A DNA stretch of 64,000 nt from Methanomassiliicoccaceae archaeon (GCA_963728405.1 CAVSJV010000017.1:320001-384000); one strand, 5' to 3'. Shown: positions 37,520 through 47,766, numbered from the stretch's first letter. Numbers and translations are program-made. The notes: a model not told the origin generated them from the letters alone.

Positions 37520-38296
37520 AACCTTTCTCGGCGCCCCGGCGCCGTTCCGATCATTCTTTTTCATTTTTATTACTAATTCCACTGTATACGATACGGTCTG
37601 GTCCCATTGCACGTTGAGGCCGTCGACCACAAAATCAAGGACGTGGCCTCCTTTGCTCAGATCGGTGCTGATGAAATGGAAGTGGAACCCGGCCGAGCTC
37701 AGTCCCGATGCGTCCGAAGGGCTCCATATGCCCACCATCGTACCAGCCAAGCTCTGATATTGGAACACCGTCTGATTTGCCAGGACATCGGCCAGCGGCG
37801 GGTAGGGAAGGACCTGCTCGGGCACCGACCGTACGGTGAGATTGTCGAAGATCCCATCGATCCGCAGAACATAGAAAGTGGTGAATGACGGGAGCGAGCC
37901 TTCGATAAGGGCCTCGGCCGCGCTCATGTTCAACGGACCCTGCAGAACGACCGTGCCGTCCACATCGAACCGGCTGACCTGAGCGAATGGCGTGGTCTCC
38001 TCGTTGGCGATCACCTGGACCGTGCCGTCGGTCAGCGCCTTGTAGCATTTGCCGCTGATCACGATCATCTCGCCGTCCAGTCCGTCAAAGGTGCCCAGGC
38101 CGATGTCCCCGTGGGAGAGCATCTCTCCCACCGACCCTTTTCCCCCGAACCGCCCCTGCACCAGGTCGTCCAAGGACCCTATTTGATAGAGGGTCTCCCG
38201 ATCAGGGTGGGAAGGGGTGGTAAGAACGAAGATACCAGTGGCGATCAAAGCAGTGACGATCACAGCGACCAGAGCGAGCTGGACCGGGCGGTTCAT
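37463..38296 (-). CDS. budA: Alpha-acetolactate decarboxylase with N-terminal TM/signal segment (true stop probably near 37570)
   Basis: LYQIGS, HGDIGLGTFDGLDGEMI, TPFA, VRSVP, GFHFHFISTDLSKGGHVLD zinc motif. Confidence 0.88.
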   Translation of the reverse strand: MNRPVQLALVAVIVTALIATGIFVLTTPSHPDRETLYQIGSLDDLVQGRFGGKGSVGEMLSHGDIGLGTFDGLDGEMIVISGKCYKALTDGTVQVIANEETTPFAQVSRFDVDGTVVLQGPLNMSAAEALIEGSLPSFTTFYVLRIDGIFDNLTVRSVPEQVLPYPPLADVLANQTVFQYQSLAGTMVGIWSPSDASGLSSAGFHFHFISTDLSKGGHVLDFVVDGLNVQWDQTVSYTVELVIKMKKNDRNGAGAPRKVSDQRYGDAVDALDLGDGL

Positions 38297-38354
38297 ACGA
38301 CCATTTATACTGTGCATATTTATAAATGGCAGCCTTTGATTGCTGGTTTTGATC

Positions 38355-38798
38355 TCAAGGCTCCAGGAGCTCGAATCCCGTGGCGATGTCCTTGATCCGC
38401 CTGGCATCGGTACCGACCAGCTCGAACATGATCACTTCCAGGATCAGCCATACTACCACGCCGCGGCGGATGCAGCCTACGGTGGCGCCGCCTTCCCGCC
38501 CTAGAGCGGTGTGGACGTGCAAACTGGGCCTTCCATTCTCGTCGGGAAAGAGCGTTCCGACCCCGGCCATCTCATGGGCCTTGGACAATAGGTGTCCCAG
38601 GGGGACGACCGGATGCGCATCCCCGTCCTCGGGACCGACCACCAGCCGGCTGCCCTTGTCGGCGGCCCCGACCATCAGGACGGTAGCTGAGCGGACGCCC
38701 TTATCGGCAGCGAACCGCTCGAGGACCTCGTGAACGATCTCACCCTGTTCTAGCCTTATGACAAAGACCCTGCCCGGCCTGGCCTCGGAATATCTCAT
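38355..38798 (-). CDS. PPC domain (DUF296) putative DNA-binding protein
   Basis: RVFVIRLEQGE, HEMAGVGTL, LHVHTALGR, LEV. Confidence 0.85.
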   Translation of the reverse strand: MRYSEARPGRVFVIRLEQGEIVHEVLERFAADKGVRSATVLMVGAADKGSRLVVGPEDGDAHPVVPLGHLLSKAHEMAGVGTLFPDENGRPSLHVHTALGREGGATVGCIRRGVVVWLILEVIMFELVGTDARRIKDIATGFELLEP

Positions 38799-38814
38799 CT
38801 TAGCACCAATGGAT

Positions 38815-38839
38815 TAGGAAGGGTTTTGGAAAAAAGGTT
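38815..38839 (-). terminator. Putative U-rich terminator after the malic enzyme gene
   Basis: AAACCTTTTTTCCAAAACCC immediately after the stop on the minus strand. Confidence 0.5.
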
Positions 38840-40186
38840 TCACTCCGGCGGGTTCCGGATGTAGCCCGTGTCCATGAGCAGCTTGGTCTCGCCCCGCGCC
38901 CGCTTGATAGCGGTCTCGGCGCGGTGTCTGAGCTCGTCCCTGCTGAACTTGACCCTGGCCACGCCGGTCTCGATGGCCTTCATGCCCACTGCCACGGCTT
39001 CCCGAGGGAACACTTCCCAATCGTCCATGGTCGGAACGATGTAATCCTCGCTAAGACCCCTATCCTCGGCGGTCTTGGCGATCTCCAGGGCGGCGGCGAT
39101 GCACATCTCGTCGGTGATCGTTCTCGCCCTTACATCCAGAGCGCCACGGAAGATACCCGGGAAGCCCAGCGAGTTGTTGACCTGGTTGGGGAAGTCGGAA
39201 CGGCCGGTGGCGACGATACGCGCCCCGGCTTCCTTCGCTTCCCACGGCCAAATCTCCGGGATGGGGTTGGCGGTGGCGAACACGATGGCGTCGTTGGCCA
39301 TGCCCTTTACCCAGTCCTTGTGAATGACCCCGGGCCCGGGGCGGGAAGCGGCCACCACGATGTCCGCCCCCTTCATGGCCTCCTTGATCCCGCCGACCAC
39401 GTTCTCGGCATTGGAGTGGGTGCACATGAACCACTTCTCGGCATGCGTCTTCTTGATGTCCTCGCGCCCAGGGTGGAGGGTGCCCTTGCTGTCGACCATG
39501 ACGATGTTCTTGATGTTGAAACCCGCCGAGACCAAGACCCTGGAGATGGCGATGTTGGCGGCGCCCGCTCCGACCATGGCGACCTTGGACTCGCCGATCT
39601 TCTTGCCAACGACCTTGTGAGCGTTGATCGCGCCGGCCGTCTCGATGGTCGCTGTGCCCTGCTGATCATCATGCCATACCGGAATGTCCATCTCCGCCCT
39701 CAGGCGGTCCAGGATCTCGAAGCACTTAGGGTTCTCGATGTCCTCGAGGTTTATGCCTCCGAAGGAAGGGGCCAGGTACTTCACGGTCTTGATGATCTCC
39801 TCGGGATCCTTGGTAGCGAGGCAGATGGGGAAGGCGTCCACACCTCCCAGGTACTTGAACAGAAGGGCCTTTCCTTCCATGACCGGCAGGCCGGCCTCCG
39901 GCCCGATATCGCCCAGGCCAAGGACCCTGGTGCCATCGGAGACGATGGCCACCATGTTGCCCTTGCTGGTGTGCTCATATACCTTCTCGGGGTTCTTCTT
40001 GATGTCCTTGCACGGTTCAGCTACACCAGGAGTGTACCAGATGGCAAAGTCCTGGAAGTTCCTGACCGGGCACTTGGCAGTGATCTCGATCTTTCCTTCA
40101 TAGAAGGGGTGGTACTTCATGGCCAGCCGGGCCGGCTCGTACGCTTTTTTCAACAGTTCTTCCTCGGTCTTCTTGTCCATCGTCAT
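38840..40186 (-). CDS. NAD(P)-dependent malic enzyme
   Basis: WYTPGVAEPC, DGTRVLGLGDIG, PVMEGKALLFK, INLEDI, HDDQQGTA, GAGAA, TGRSDFPNQVNN. Confidence 0.95.
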   Translation of the reverse strand: MTMDKKTEEELLKKAYEPARLAMKYHPFYEGKIEITAKCPVRNFQDFAIWYTPGVAEPCKDIKKNPEKVYEHTSKGNMVAIVSDGTRVLGLGDIGPEAGLPVMEGKALLFKYLGGVDAFPICLATKDPEEIIKTVKYLAPSFGGINLEDIENPKCFEILDRLRAEMDIPVWHDDQQGTATIETAGAINAHKVVGKKIGESKVAMVGAGAANIAISRVLVSAGFNIKNIVMVDSKGTLHPGREDIKKTHAEKWFMCTHSNAENVVGGIKEAMKGADIVVAASRPGPGVIHKDWVKGMANDAIVFATANPIPEIWPWEAKEAGARIVATGRSDFPNQVNNSLGFPGIFRGALDVRARTITDEMCIAAALEIAKTAEDRGLSEDYIVPTMDDWEVFPREAVAVGMKAIETGVARVKFSRDELRHRAETAIKRARGETKLLMDTGYIRNPPE

Positions 40187-40578
40187 GTGAAACTCGCTCC
40201 ACCGGGTTTGACATTGTCTCGCAGGGCCCGGACCGCCTCGAAATCCCCCATTTTATTATTTAAGAGTATTGTGGGTTTTGCCGATGACGCGGCATTATCT
40301 GCGACCTGTGGGACGAAAATTTACATATATCGTAATGGAGCCCCGCAATTCGGACCAAAATAAGGTCGCAATATCATTCCATAGCGGTTCCACCCCATCA
40401 TCCAGTAGTAAAACAGCTCTCATCCATAGCATGCCCACGCCATAATGAGATCGTGCAGCAGACCATCTGTCCAGCCATCGCCCCGGTAGGTGCTGTCCTC
40501 GGACGGCACCCCCTCCCACAGCCCATCGGAGGGCCCGAGGCCAGCTTAGATATAGGCATGTCCACTTTCTTCGGTCCG

Positions 40579-42197
40579 ATGGCCAAGGTCCCGAGGGCGT
40601 TGATTGTCGACTGCTACATCGATGAGCCGGCCTGCCTGGGCGTACCTCCGTACCTTTCACCGCAGATCAGGGCGGCGGTGGGGGCGGCGAGGGAGGCAGG
40701 AGCGGAGGTGACCTACATGACCATCGACCATGTGCGCCAGGGAGCCCCTCTTCCAAAGGCAGAGGTAAGCCTGGTCATGGCCGGTGCGGCCGTACCGGGC
40801 AAGTATCTGAGGGCCCTGCCCGCCTCGGCGAGAGAAGTGGAGCATATCAGTGGGCAATTATCGGGCATAAGGGTCCTGGGCGGCCCAGCGGCCCTGGAAC
40901 CTCGGCTGTGGGAGGGGAAGTTCAACCTGATGGCGGGGCGGGACCCGGCGGCAGCGCTCCATGACATTCTATCGGGAAGGGAGCCGTCGGAACGGTGGCG
41001 CTCCATGGTGGAGTGGAACTCCTGGCTTCTGGCAGGGGCTGATTCGGTGCTCTCTCACCCCGATTTCCCCCAGCCGCTGGTGGCAGAGATCGAGACCTAT
41101 AGGGGGTGCGTTCGATATCGTTCAGGGGGATGCTCCTTCTGTGTCGAGCCGCTGAAAGGGGCACCGTTCTTCCGCGACGAAGAGGATATCATCGCCGAGT
41201 GCCAGAAGCTTCATGGGCTCGGGGTGAGGAATTTTCGGTTGGGAGCGCAGACCTGCATCATCTCATATAAGGCCGACCTGTCCGTGGGCGATCCTCCCCG
41301 ACCGAACCCGCAGGCGGTGGAGCGCCTGTTCTCCGGCATCTCCTCCCTGGGTGTGGACGTGCTCCATGTCGACAATGCCAATCCGGCGGTCATCGCCCAG
41401 TATCCCGAGGAGTCCAGGGAGGTCCTCGGGACGCTGGTCAGGCACTGTACCAGCGGCAACGTTCTCGCCCTGGGCATGGAGAGCGCCGATCCCGCAGTGG
41501 TAGGGCGAACAATCTGAATTCGACGCTCGGAACAAGTGATGGAGGCCATCGCCATGATCAACCAGATCGGCGGAGAGGTCGGCCATTCTGGTCTTCCGAA
41601 CCTGCTTCCCGGGCTTAACCTCATCATCGGCCTGGAGGGTGAGACCAAGGCGACCTGGAGATGGACAGGGCTTTCCTCGGTGAAGTGCTGGCACGCGGTC
41701 ACCTACTGCGCCGGATCAACGTCCGTCAGGTCATCCCCATCCGAAGAGACTTCCCTCCGACGGTCGGCCACGCCGAATTCGTACGGTTCAAGGAGACGGT
41801 CAGGAAGGAGGTCGATCGGCCCATGCTCCAGCGGCTGGTCCCACGCGGCCGGGTGCTGCGGAGAGTATACACCGAGCTGAAGGACGGGAACACCACCTTC
41901 GGCCGGCAGATCGGCTCATACCCCTTTCTCGTGGGCATACCTTATCCGTTGGAGATCGGCCGGTTCGTCGATGTCAAGGTCGTGGACTGGGGGTTCCGAA
42001 GCATTACCGCCATCGAGCATCCCCTGAGGATCAACACCTGCTCCCTGAGGGCGATGGAAGCGCTCCCGGGGATCGGCCGAAAGAGGGCCATCCGGCTGTT
42101 CCGGAAACGGCCGCTGAAGAACGCGCAGGACCTGGCCAAGGCCCTGGACGACGAGCAGGTGGCGGAGCAGACGCTCGAATACATCAGCTTTGAGTAA
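40579..42197 (+). CDS. Radical SAM protein with TRAM-like and C-terminal helix-hairpin-helix domains (COG1031-like; frameshifts near 41510 and 41660)
   Basis: DCYIDEPACLGVPPY, EIETYRGCVRYRSGGCSFCVEP, HVDNANP, LRRINVRQV, FGRQIGSYP, LPGIGRKRA. Confidence 0.88.
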
Positions 42198-42248
42198 TGC
42201 GAAACAGAATTGTATATTATTTATCATCGCATGACCTGACTCGGAACA

Positions 42249-43329
42249 ATGGAGACGCTCCACCTCGCCAAGTATCCTTTTCTCAGGGACGCGGCCGAGC
42301 ATGTCAAGGACCGGGGGGTCACCCTGGAGGACCTGCTCGGCCACGAGGCGTTCCGCCAGGCCAGGACCAGGGGCAAGGCGCGGGTCGTGGACGCTCTGGA
42401 GGATGGCGTGGTGCACTTCCGCCCCATGGGCAGCGAGGAAGAGCAGCTCGAGGAGATCACTCTCCTATCCCATGGCCAGGATGTACGTTTCCTGCGTCGG
42501 CGACAAGTTCCTCACCAAGCGCTATGCCCTTGCTGAGGGCGTGGCGATGTACGAACGGCTGGAGAAGGAGGAGCTGGACGTGGTCGAGGAGGTCGCCTTC
42601 CAGCTTGGGGTCACCCTGAACACCGATGAGGACTCCCTCCGGATGCACTTCACCGATTACCTGAAGTTCACCTCCCGGATGCGCAGCAAAGAGTGGAAGC
42701 TGGTGAACACTGAGGTAAAGGCGGGGTTCGTGGCCTTGAACCAAGTGAGGTTCGCCCGGGTGCTCCAGCAGGCCCTCCAGGACCGCATCGAGGCCGAGCT
42801 ACCGCTGCCGATCAATGACCAGATCACCAAGGCATTGGGCAGCGACCTGAGGGAGCTGAAGGAGCGCACCGCGGTCAAGCGCGATCAGTTCAAGGCTGAG
42901 GACTTCGGTAAGGTCAGCGTGGAGAACTTCCCGCCGTGCATGAAGCACCTTATCGGCATGGCCCAGGCAGGGGAGAACATGCCCCACTCAGGACGATTCT
43001 CCCTAACCGCCTTCCTGCACCATGTCGGCCTCTCCCCGGACGATATACTCGCGTTGTTCGCGGTGTCCCCGGACTTCGACCAGTCGAAGACCAAGTACCA
43101 GGTGGACCACATCACGGGGGAGACATCAGGGACGGAATACACGCCGCCAGAATGCTCGACCATGAAGAGCTACGGGATCTGCTTCGAGGCCGACGACCTC
43201 TGCAACCACCCCCAGGCCTACGTCAAACATCCTCTGACCTATTACCGCATCAAGAACCGCCCGAGGAAAGGGGGCAAGGGTACGAGACCTAATCCTCGCA
43301 CCTTCTTCCAGATCGCCACCGCCCTCTGA
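42249..43329 (+). CDS. priL: DNA primase large subunit (frameshift near 42465)
   Basis: LAKYPFL, SYPMARM, WKLVN, FPPCM, HSGRF, PDFD, YQVDHITG, YTPPECSTMKSYGIC Fe-S ligands. Confidence 0.93.
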
Positions 43330-43928
43330 ACAGCAGTGATGTTCCCGACCACGGCGAACCACAGCATGACCAGCTCGAACGCCGAGAGGGAGAACCAGCC
43401 GGAGATCCAGGACTGCTAAAGCCGCTCATCATGAAGACTGGCCTGCAGGAGGGGGGCAACGACCAGCAGGACGACCCGGTCGGCCCGCCCAGCAGGCCGG
43501 CGTACAGGCGGCCGGCCCCGATGGCCTGGGACTGAGTGCCCATGTAGCTGGTGAGAAGAACGCCGATGAGCGCCAACATGCCGAGGTAGGGATTGCACCA
43601 GGCACTTACCGCCACCGCCCCGATCATGACCCACGTCCGAGTAACGGTCCAGGATGTGATCGAGCAGGTCCCCCCGCTTGGACGCCTTGCCTGTGAGCCG
43701 AGCCACCTTTCCGTCGACGGCGTCCAGGAACCCGCTGAGCAGGACCGCGACCGCCGACAGGGGGAGAAGCAGTTGCCAGTATTGGGGGCTGAAGAAAATG
43801 AGCAGGCCGGCCACCCAGGCCATGACAAATGACATCCAGGATAGAGTGTTCGGATGGAACCGGGACAGGACTTTGGCGATGGGGACGAGTATGAACTCCA
43901 CGCGGTCGCGCTTCGAATCTAGAACCAG
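43289..43928 (-). CDS. CDP-alcohol phosphatidyltransferase (archaetidyl-lipid synthase family; frameshifted; probable CTG start)
   Basis: HPNTLS, signature DAVDGKVARLTGKASKRGDLLDHILDRYSD, TSYMGTQSQAIG. Confidence 0.88.
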
Positions 43929-44445
43929 TCCAACACCTCTGAGCTCCAGTCAAGATTCCCGACCTCGTACTTTTTCCTTTCCCCCTTCAGGATGTCCTCG
44001 ACGGCATCAGCCACCTCGTTCTGGTCCATGGCCGTAGTATCGATCTCCACCATCTCCTGTTCCGACTCCGACGCTTCCACCAATATTACGTCCAGAGCTT
44101 CCGCCTCGACGTTCTCCGGACCTTGGCTAGCGGCCAGCCCCTGCTTTCGAGACGCTTCTCCAACACCGATGGGCGGCATCGAAGTATGATAATGAGGTCA
44201 GTGGTCACCAGATGGGCAAGATGGCCAATAAGGATCGTATCCCTGTCAGGCAGCAGGCCCGGTAGGCGGGCGTTGAGGGTATCGATGTCCACCTCCAAGC
44301 TTCCCCGCTCCTCGTCAAGGCCGTCGTACAGGCCATGTTCCTTGATCAGGTCGCCGAGCTCCACAACCGCATGGCCTCTCCTCTCGAGGATTGCCCCCAC
44401 GCTGCTCTTCCCCGTTCCTGGCGTGCCGGTGATAGAGACAATCAC
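43919..44445 (-). CDS. Archaeal adenylate kinase (AK6/Fap7 family; frameshift near 44110)
   Basis: ITGTPGTGKS P-loop, GHLAH, LRCRPSVLEKRLESRGW, ENVEAEALDVIL, EIDTT. Confidence 0.88.
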
Positions 44446-44522
44446 GAAGCATTGAACGGAGGGCTGCGATAAAAACCCTAGTGAACTGCCTCTCTGACAG
44501 CGCTCATTGCTTCAACCACCAG

Positions 44523-44632
44523 AGGCTCGATAGCATCCCCCGCTTGCGCAGGGGGACCTCCCGCTCACCTAGGTTAAAGGGCGGGGGCGAACCCCCGGCC
44601 ATTATGCTCCCCGTGGACCTTCTCCAAAGCCT
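44523..44632 (-). ncRNA. Candidate structured non-coding RNA of unknown family
   Basis: Paired 5'/3' ends (AGGCUU/GAGCCU, AGCAU/AUGCU), GC stems capped by UUCG and GCAA tetraloops, TTTAATAG TATA-like box ~28 nt upstream; no credible ORF. Confidence 0.5.
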
Positions 44633-44858
44633 ATTGGGTGCCCAGGGATTTTCATGTATCTATTAAAGGGGTGGTGGAGCATGCTACAGTAACGTATTTA
44701 TATGCCATTTCAGGCCAGAATGTATCTGGTAAAGAATTCTTTTCACCCCTGATGCTGCATCTCGGAACGGTCCGCCCCGCTGGCCCGCTCCACGAGTGGA
44801 GAAAGCATTTATTTCAGAGCCGAGAGTATGCAACATTAGCCGAAGAGGTGATGAGCAG

Positions 44859-45152
44859 ATGATGAGAGAGACTCAGCAGGAAGAAAAGGTCACGAAATGC
44901 ATAAATGCGCTTGATTTCACCAAGGACTGGACCACCTGGAGGGGGACGCTTCAGGAAAGTATCGCCACCGCGAGGGGCATCGGCATCCCCGACGAAGAGA
45001 TCAAGGACATGGCCGTCAGGCTGGGAGACTTCCTGGCCGAGAAAGTATGCCCTGCCACCAAGGAGGAAGAGCTCATCAAGGAGCTATGGACAGTGGCCAC
45101 TCCAGAGGAGCGGAAAGTCCTGGCGGACGTCATATTCCGCATGCTGACCTGA
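44859..45152 (+). CDS. DUF3243 (YmfJ-like) small helical protein
   Basis: W..W...L...GIPDEEI...A.RLGDFLAEKV.P...EE.LIKELW.VA..EERKVLA pattern. Confidence 0.8.
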   Translation: MMRETQQEEKVTKCINALDFTKDWTTWRGTLQESIATARGIGIPDEEIKDMAVRLGDFLAEKVCPATKEEELIKELWTVATPEERKVLADVIFRMLT

Positions 45153-45947
45153 TCATTTCCTACATCGGTCGAGGAGGGCGTCGGCAAATGAAAGGCGAGA
45201 GAAAGCGTCCAAGCGGTACTCTTCGACCCTCCTGGCCATGGTGGGAGGATATTCGCAGGCAAACTGGAAACCATACTCGATGTCCATGAGGGTGAGGCCT
45301 TCCGGCGGCGCCAGCCCGAAGGAGACGTCCTTGCCTTCCAGCGCCGCCGTTACCTCATCGATCGTGGCCTTGCCCTCGCCGACCTTGGACATGGACGCGA
45401 CCATGCGCCGCACCATGTTACGCAGGAACTCCCGTCCCCGGATGTCAAGGATCAGGATGCCGTCGGCCTCGAGCACATCAACGCTGTCGAGCGTCTTCAC
45501 CGTGGAGCGCCCGTCCGGCTTGCAGAAGCGGCGGAAGTCGTGGTGGCCCTTGAACGCCGCACCGCACTCGGCGACCTTGGCCACGTCAAGACCTTTCACC
45601 GGCATAAGGTAACGATACCACCGCCCCTTGGCCCGGCGGGGGCTGAAAGTCGCTGGCACCTCAGCCATGCCATAGAAATATACGTCCTCGGCGGCGGAGT
45701 TCATCGCTCTGAGCAGGGCCTTTCCGGAGAACGCGGTATCGAACGCCGCTACGTTGCCCAATGCGCTGACCCCTCGATCGGTCCGGCTGGCGAAACGGAA
45801 GCGTGACGAGAACGCGGAGTCTATAGCGCCGATCGAGCGCAAGGCGTCGATCGTCTCCGATTCCACGGTGAGCTCGCCAGGCTGCCTTTGGGAGCCCATG
45901 AACGACCTACCGTCATAGGCGAGCTTGACCGCGGCACGCCAGACCAC
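45153..45947 (-). CDS. truA: tRNA pseudouridine(38-40) synthase
   Basis: KLAYDG..FMGSQRQP, ASRTDRGVSA, GHHDF, FLRNMVRRMV, APPEGLTL. Confidence 0.93.
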   Translation of the reverse strand: MVWRAAVKLAYDGRSFMGSQRQPGELTVESETIDALRSIGAIDSAFSSRFRFASRTDRGVSALGNVAAFDTAFSGKALLRAMNSAAEDVYFYGMAEVPATFSPRRAKGRWYRYLMPVKGLDVAKVAECGAAFKGHHDFRRFCKPDGRSTVKTLDSVDVLEADGILILDIRGREFLRNMVRRMVASMSKVGEGKATIDEVTAALEGKDVSFGLAPPEGLTLMDIEYGFQFACEYPPTMARRVEEYRLDAFSRLSFADALLDRCRK

Positions 45948-45990
45948 GTCAGGATTAAGTAGAACTGGCCTATTAATGGTTCCGAGCGGC

Positions 45991-46716
45991 ATGGGTTTTT
46001 TCAGGGTAGTACTGGTCGAGCCGGAACATGATGGAAACATCGGAGCGGTGGCCAGGTCGATGGGGAACTTCGGGTTCGAGGACCTCTGCATGGTCAATCC
46101 CTGCCCCATAGGGGAAGAGGCGTTCAAGCGGGCCAAGCACGCGGGGGATATCCTTGAACGGGCAGCCATCGTCGACACGATCGAGGAGGCGGTAAAAGGC
46201 TGCTCTCTGGTCGTTGGCACCACGGGCATCGTGACCCATGGGCCGAAGCACTACGTCCGCATACCGATGACCCCCCGCCAGCTGGCCACCAAGACCGCGG
46301 ACTACGAGGGCCGCATTGCCTTGTTGTTCGGAAGGGAGGGGCTCGGCCTCAGTCAAGAAGAGCTTTCCCGCTGCGACCTGCTCACCCATATACCATCCGA
46401 CGATGCCTACCCCATACTCAATCTCTCCCATGCGGTCACCATAGTCATCTACGAACTTTACTTGCTTGGCGGCCATAGGACCGCCCGCCCTCAGGTGTGC
46501 TCAGAGGAAGAGAGAGAGCTGGTCTACAAGTTCTTCGGCGAGCTTTTGGAAGCGATCGACTACCCCGCCCACCGCCGGGAGAACACCGAGATCATGTTCC
46601 GACGCATGATGGGGCGAGCCGTCCCCACCAAGTGGGAGTTCTGCACCATAATGGGCGTGTTAGGGGACGCGACCAAGATCATCGAGGGGAAGAAGAAGGT
46701 CCCCGAACGTAAATGA
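45991..46716 (+). CDS. SPOUT tRNA/rRNA methyltransferase (TrmJ family)
   Basis: VVLVEP..GNIGAVARSMGNFG, LLFGREGLGL, YPILNLSHAV. Confidence 0.9.
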   Translation: MGFFRVVLVEPEHDGNIGAVARSMGNFGFEDLCMVNPCPIGEEAFKRAKHAGDILERAAIVDTIEEAVKGCSLVVGTTGIVTHGPKHYVRIPMTPRQLATKTADYEGRIALLFGREGLGLSQEELSRCDLLTHIPSDDAYPILNLSHAVTIVIYELYLLGGHRTARPQVCSEEERELVYKFFGELLEAIDYPAHRRENTEIMFRRMMGRAVPTKWEFCTIMGVLGDATKIIEGKKKVPERK

Positions 46717-47766
46717 TCAGCGTCGCCCGCACCCGCTAACCAATTCTTCAAGGGCGTCGTCCAGCTCCTCCCGCTCGTGGGAGCGACCTTTCTGCCGTTC
46801 GGGCAGTGCTTTGATGCCGGTGATAACCGCCATGACCCGAATGATGTCCTTGCACTCGGGGTCGACCCTGGCGCCGAATATCACCTGGGCCTGGAGGTCC
46901 AGCTGCTCGCTCATGCCGGTCAGGACCCTGGTGGCCTTCTTGACCGATAATCTCTCCCCGCCGGTCACATGGATGAGCGCACCGGTAGCGCCCTCATAGT
47001 CGATCTCCAAGAGAGGATTGCTCAATGCCTCCCGGACCGCTCCGTCCGGATCGGTGCTCTCACCATAGAGGATGGTCGACACCCCCTTGTGCCGCATGAT
47101 CGTCCGCAGGTCAGCGAAGTCGAGGTTTACCAGCGATGGCAGGGTCACAGCCTCCACCAGCCCCTTGATCATCTCCGAGACCAGCTGATCCATGACTCCA
47201 AAGCCCTGCTCCATGGGCAGGTGGTTCACCATGTCGATGAGCCGATTGTTATCGAGCAGGAGCATCATGTCCGAGCTATCGTTGAGCTTGCGGATGCCTT
47301 TATGGGCCGCCGCCATCCTCCGCCCCCGCTCGAACTCGAAAGGAGTGGTGGCCATCGAGATCACCAAAGAGCCTTGCTTCCTGGCCTGCCTCGCGACCAC
47401 CGGAGCGACACCCGTTCCGGTCCCGCCGCCCATGCCGGCAGTTATGAAGGTTAGATCAACGTCCCTTAGAATCTCATTGAGCGGCTCCAGGGCGTTCTCC
47501 ATGCAGGCCTCTCCGACCTCAGGAATGCCTCCCGCACCAAGGCCCCGCGTCACCTGGCTGCCGATGAGCAGACGCTGGTCGGCGTTGACGGTCCGGAGAT
47601 GGTTCTTGTCCGTGTTGATGGCTACGGTCTTGACGCCGCGGATGCCGATGTTCATGAGGCGGTGGACGCTGTTGCAGCCTCCTCCTCCACACCCCACAAC
47701 CAGGATCTTCAGCTCAGCGCACTCACGCCGCAGCTCTTCCTCGGTATCGTTCTGACCTAACCCCAT
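46717..47766 (-). CDS. ftsZ: Cell division protein FtsZ (FtsZ2-type by context)
   Basis: [32 protein letters not shown]; directly downstream of an RHH gene as in the cdrS-ftsZ2 locus. Confidence 0.93.
   Translation of the reverse strand: MGLGQNDTEEELRRECAELKILVVGCGGGGCNSVHRLMNIGIRGVKTVAINTDKNHLRTVNADQRLLIGSQVTRGLGAGGIPEVGEACMENALEPLNEILRDVDLTFITAGMGGGTGTGVAPVVARQARKQGSLVISMATTPFEFERGRRMAAAHKGIRKLNDSSDMMLLLDNNRLIDMVNHLPMEQGFGVMDQLVSEMIKGLVEAVTLPSLVNLDFADLRTIMRHKGVSTILYGESTDPDGAVREALSNPLLEIDYEGATGALIHVTGGERLSVKKATRVLTGMSEQLDLQAQVIFGARVDPECKDIIRVMAVITGIKALPERQKGRSHEREELDDALEELVSGCGRR

Noticed and set aside
38924-40363. Long antisense ORFs (e.g. 479 aa opposite malic enzyme, 434 aa opposite cdc6, 393 aa opposite purD)
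   Set aside because: Shadow ORFs expected from high GC3 codon usage; no motifs; they largely overlap confident genes.
40190-40570. Long intergenic region with hairpin GGTGCTGTCC-TC-GGACGGCACC
   Set aside because: Single isolated hairpin; no convincing box C/D, H/ACA or ORF signature.
44523-44632. Assignment of the structured element to RNase P, full SRP RNA, 5S rRNA, tRNA-Pyl or a cobalamin/FMN riboswitch
   Set aside because: It is too short or lacks the conserved cores (SRP helix 8, RNase P CR motifs, TTCRA T-loop, B12 box); left as unknown.
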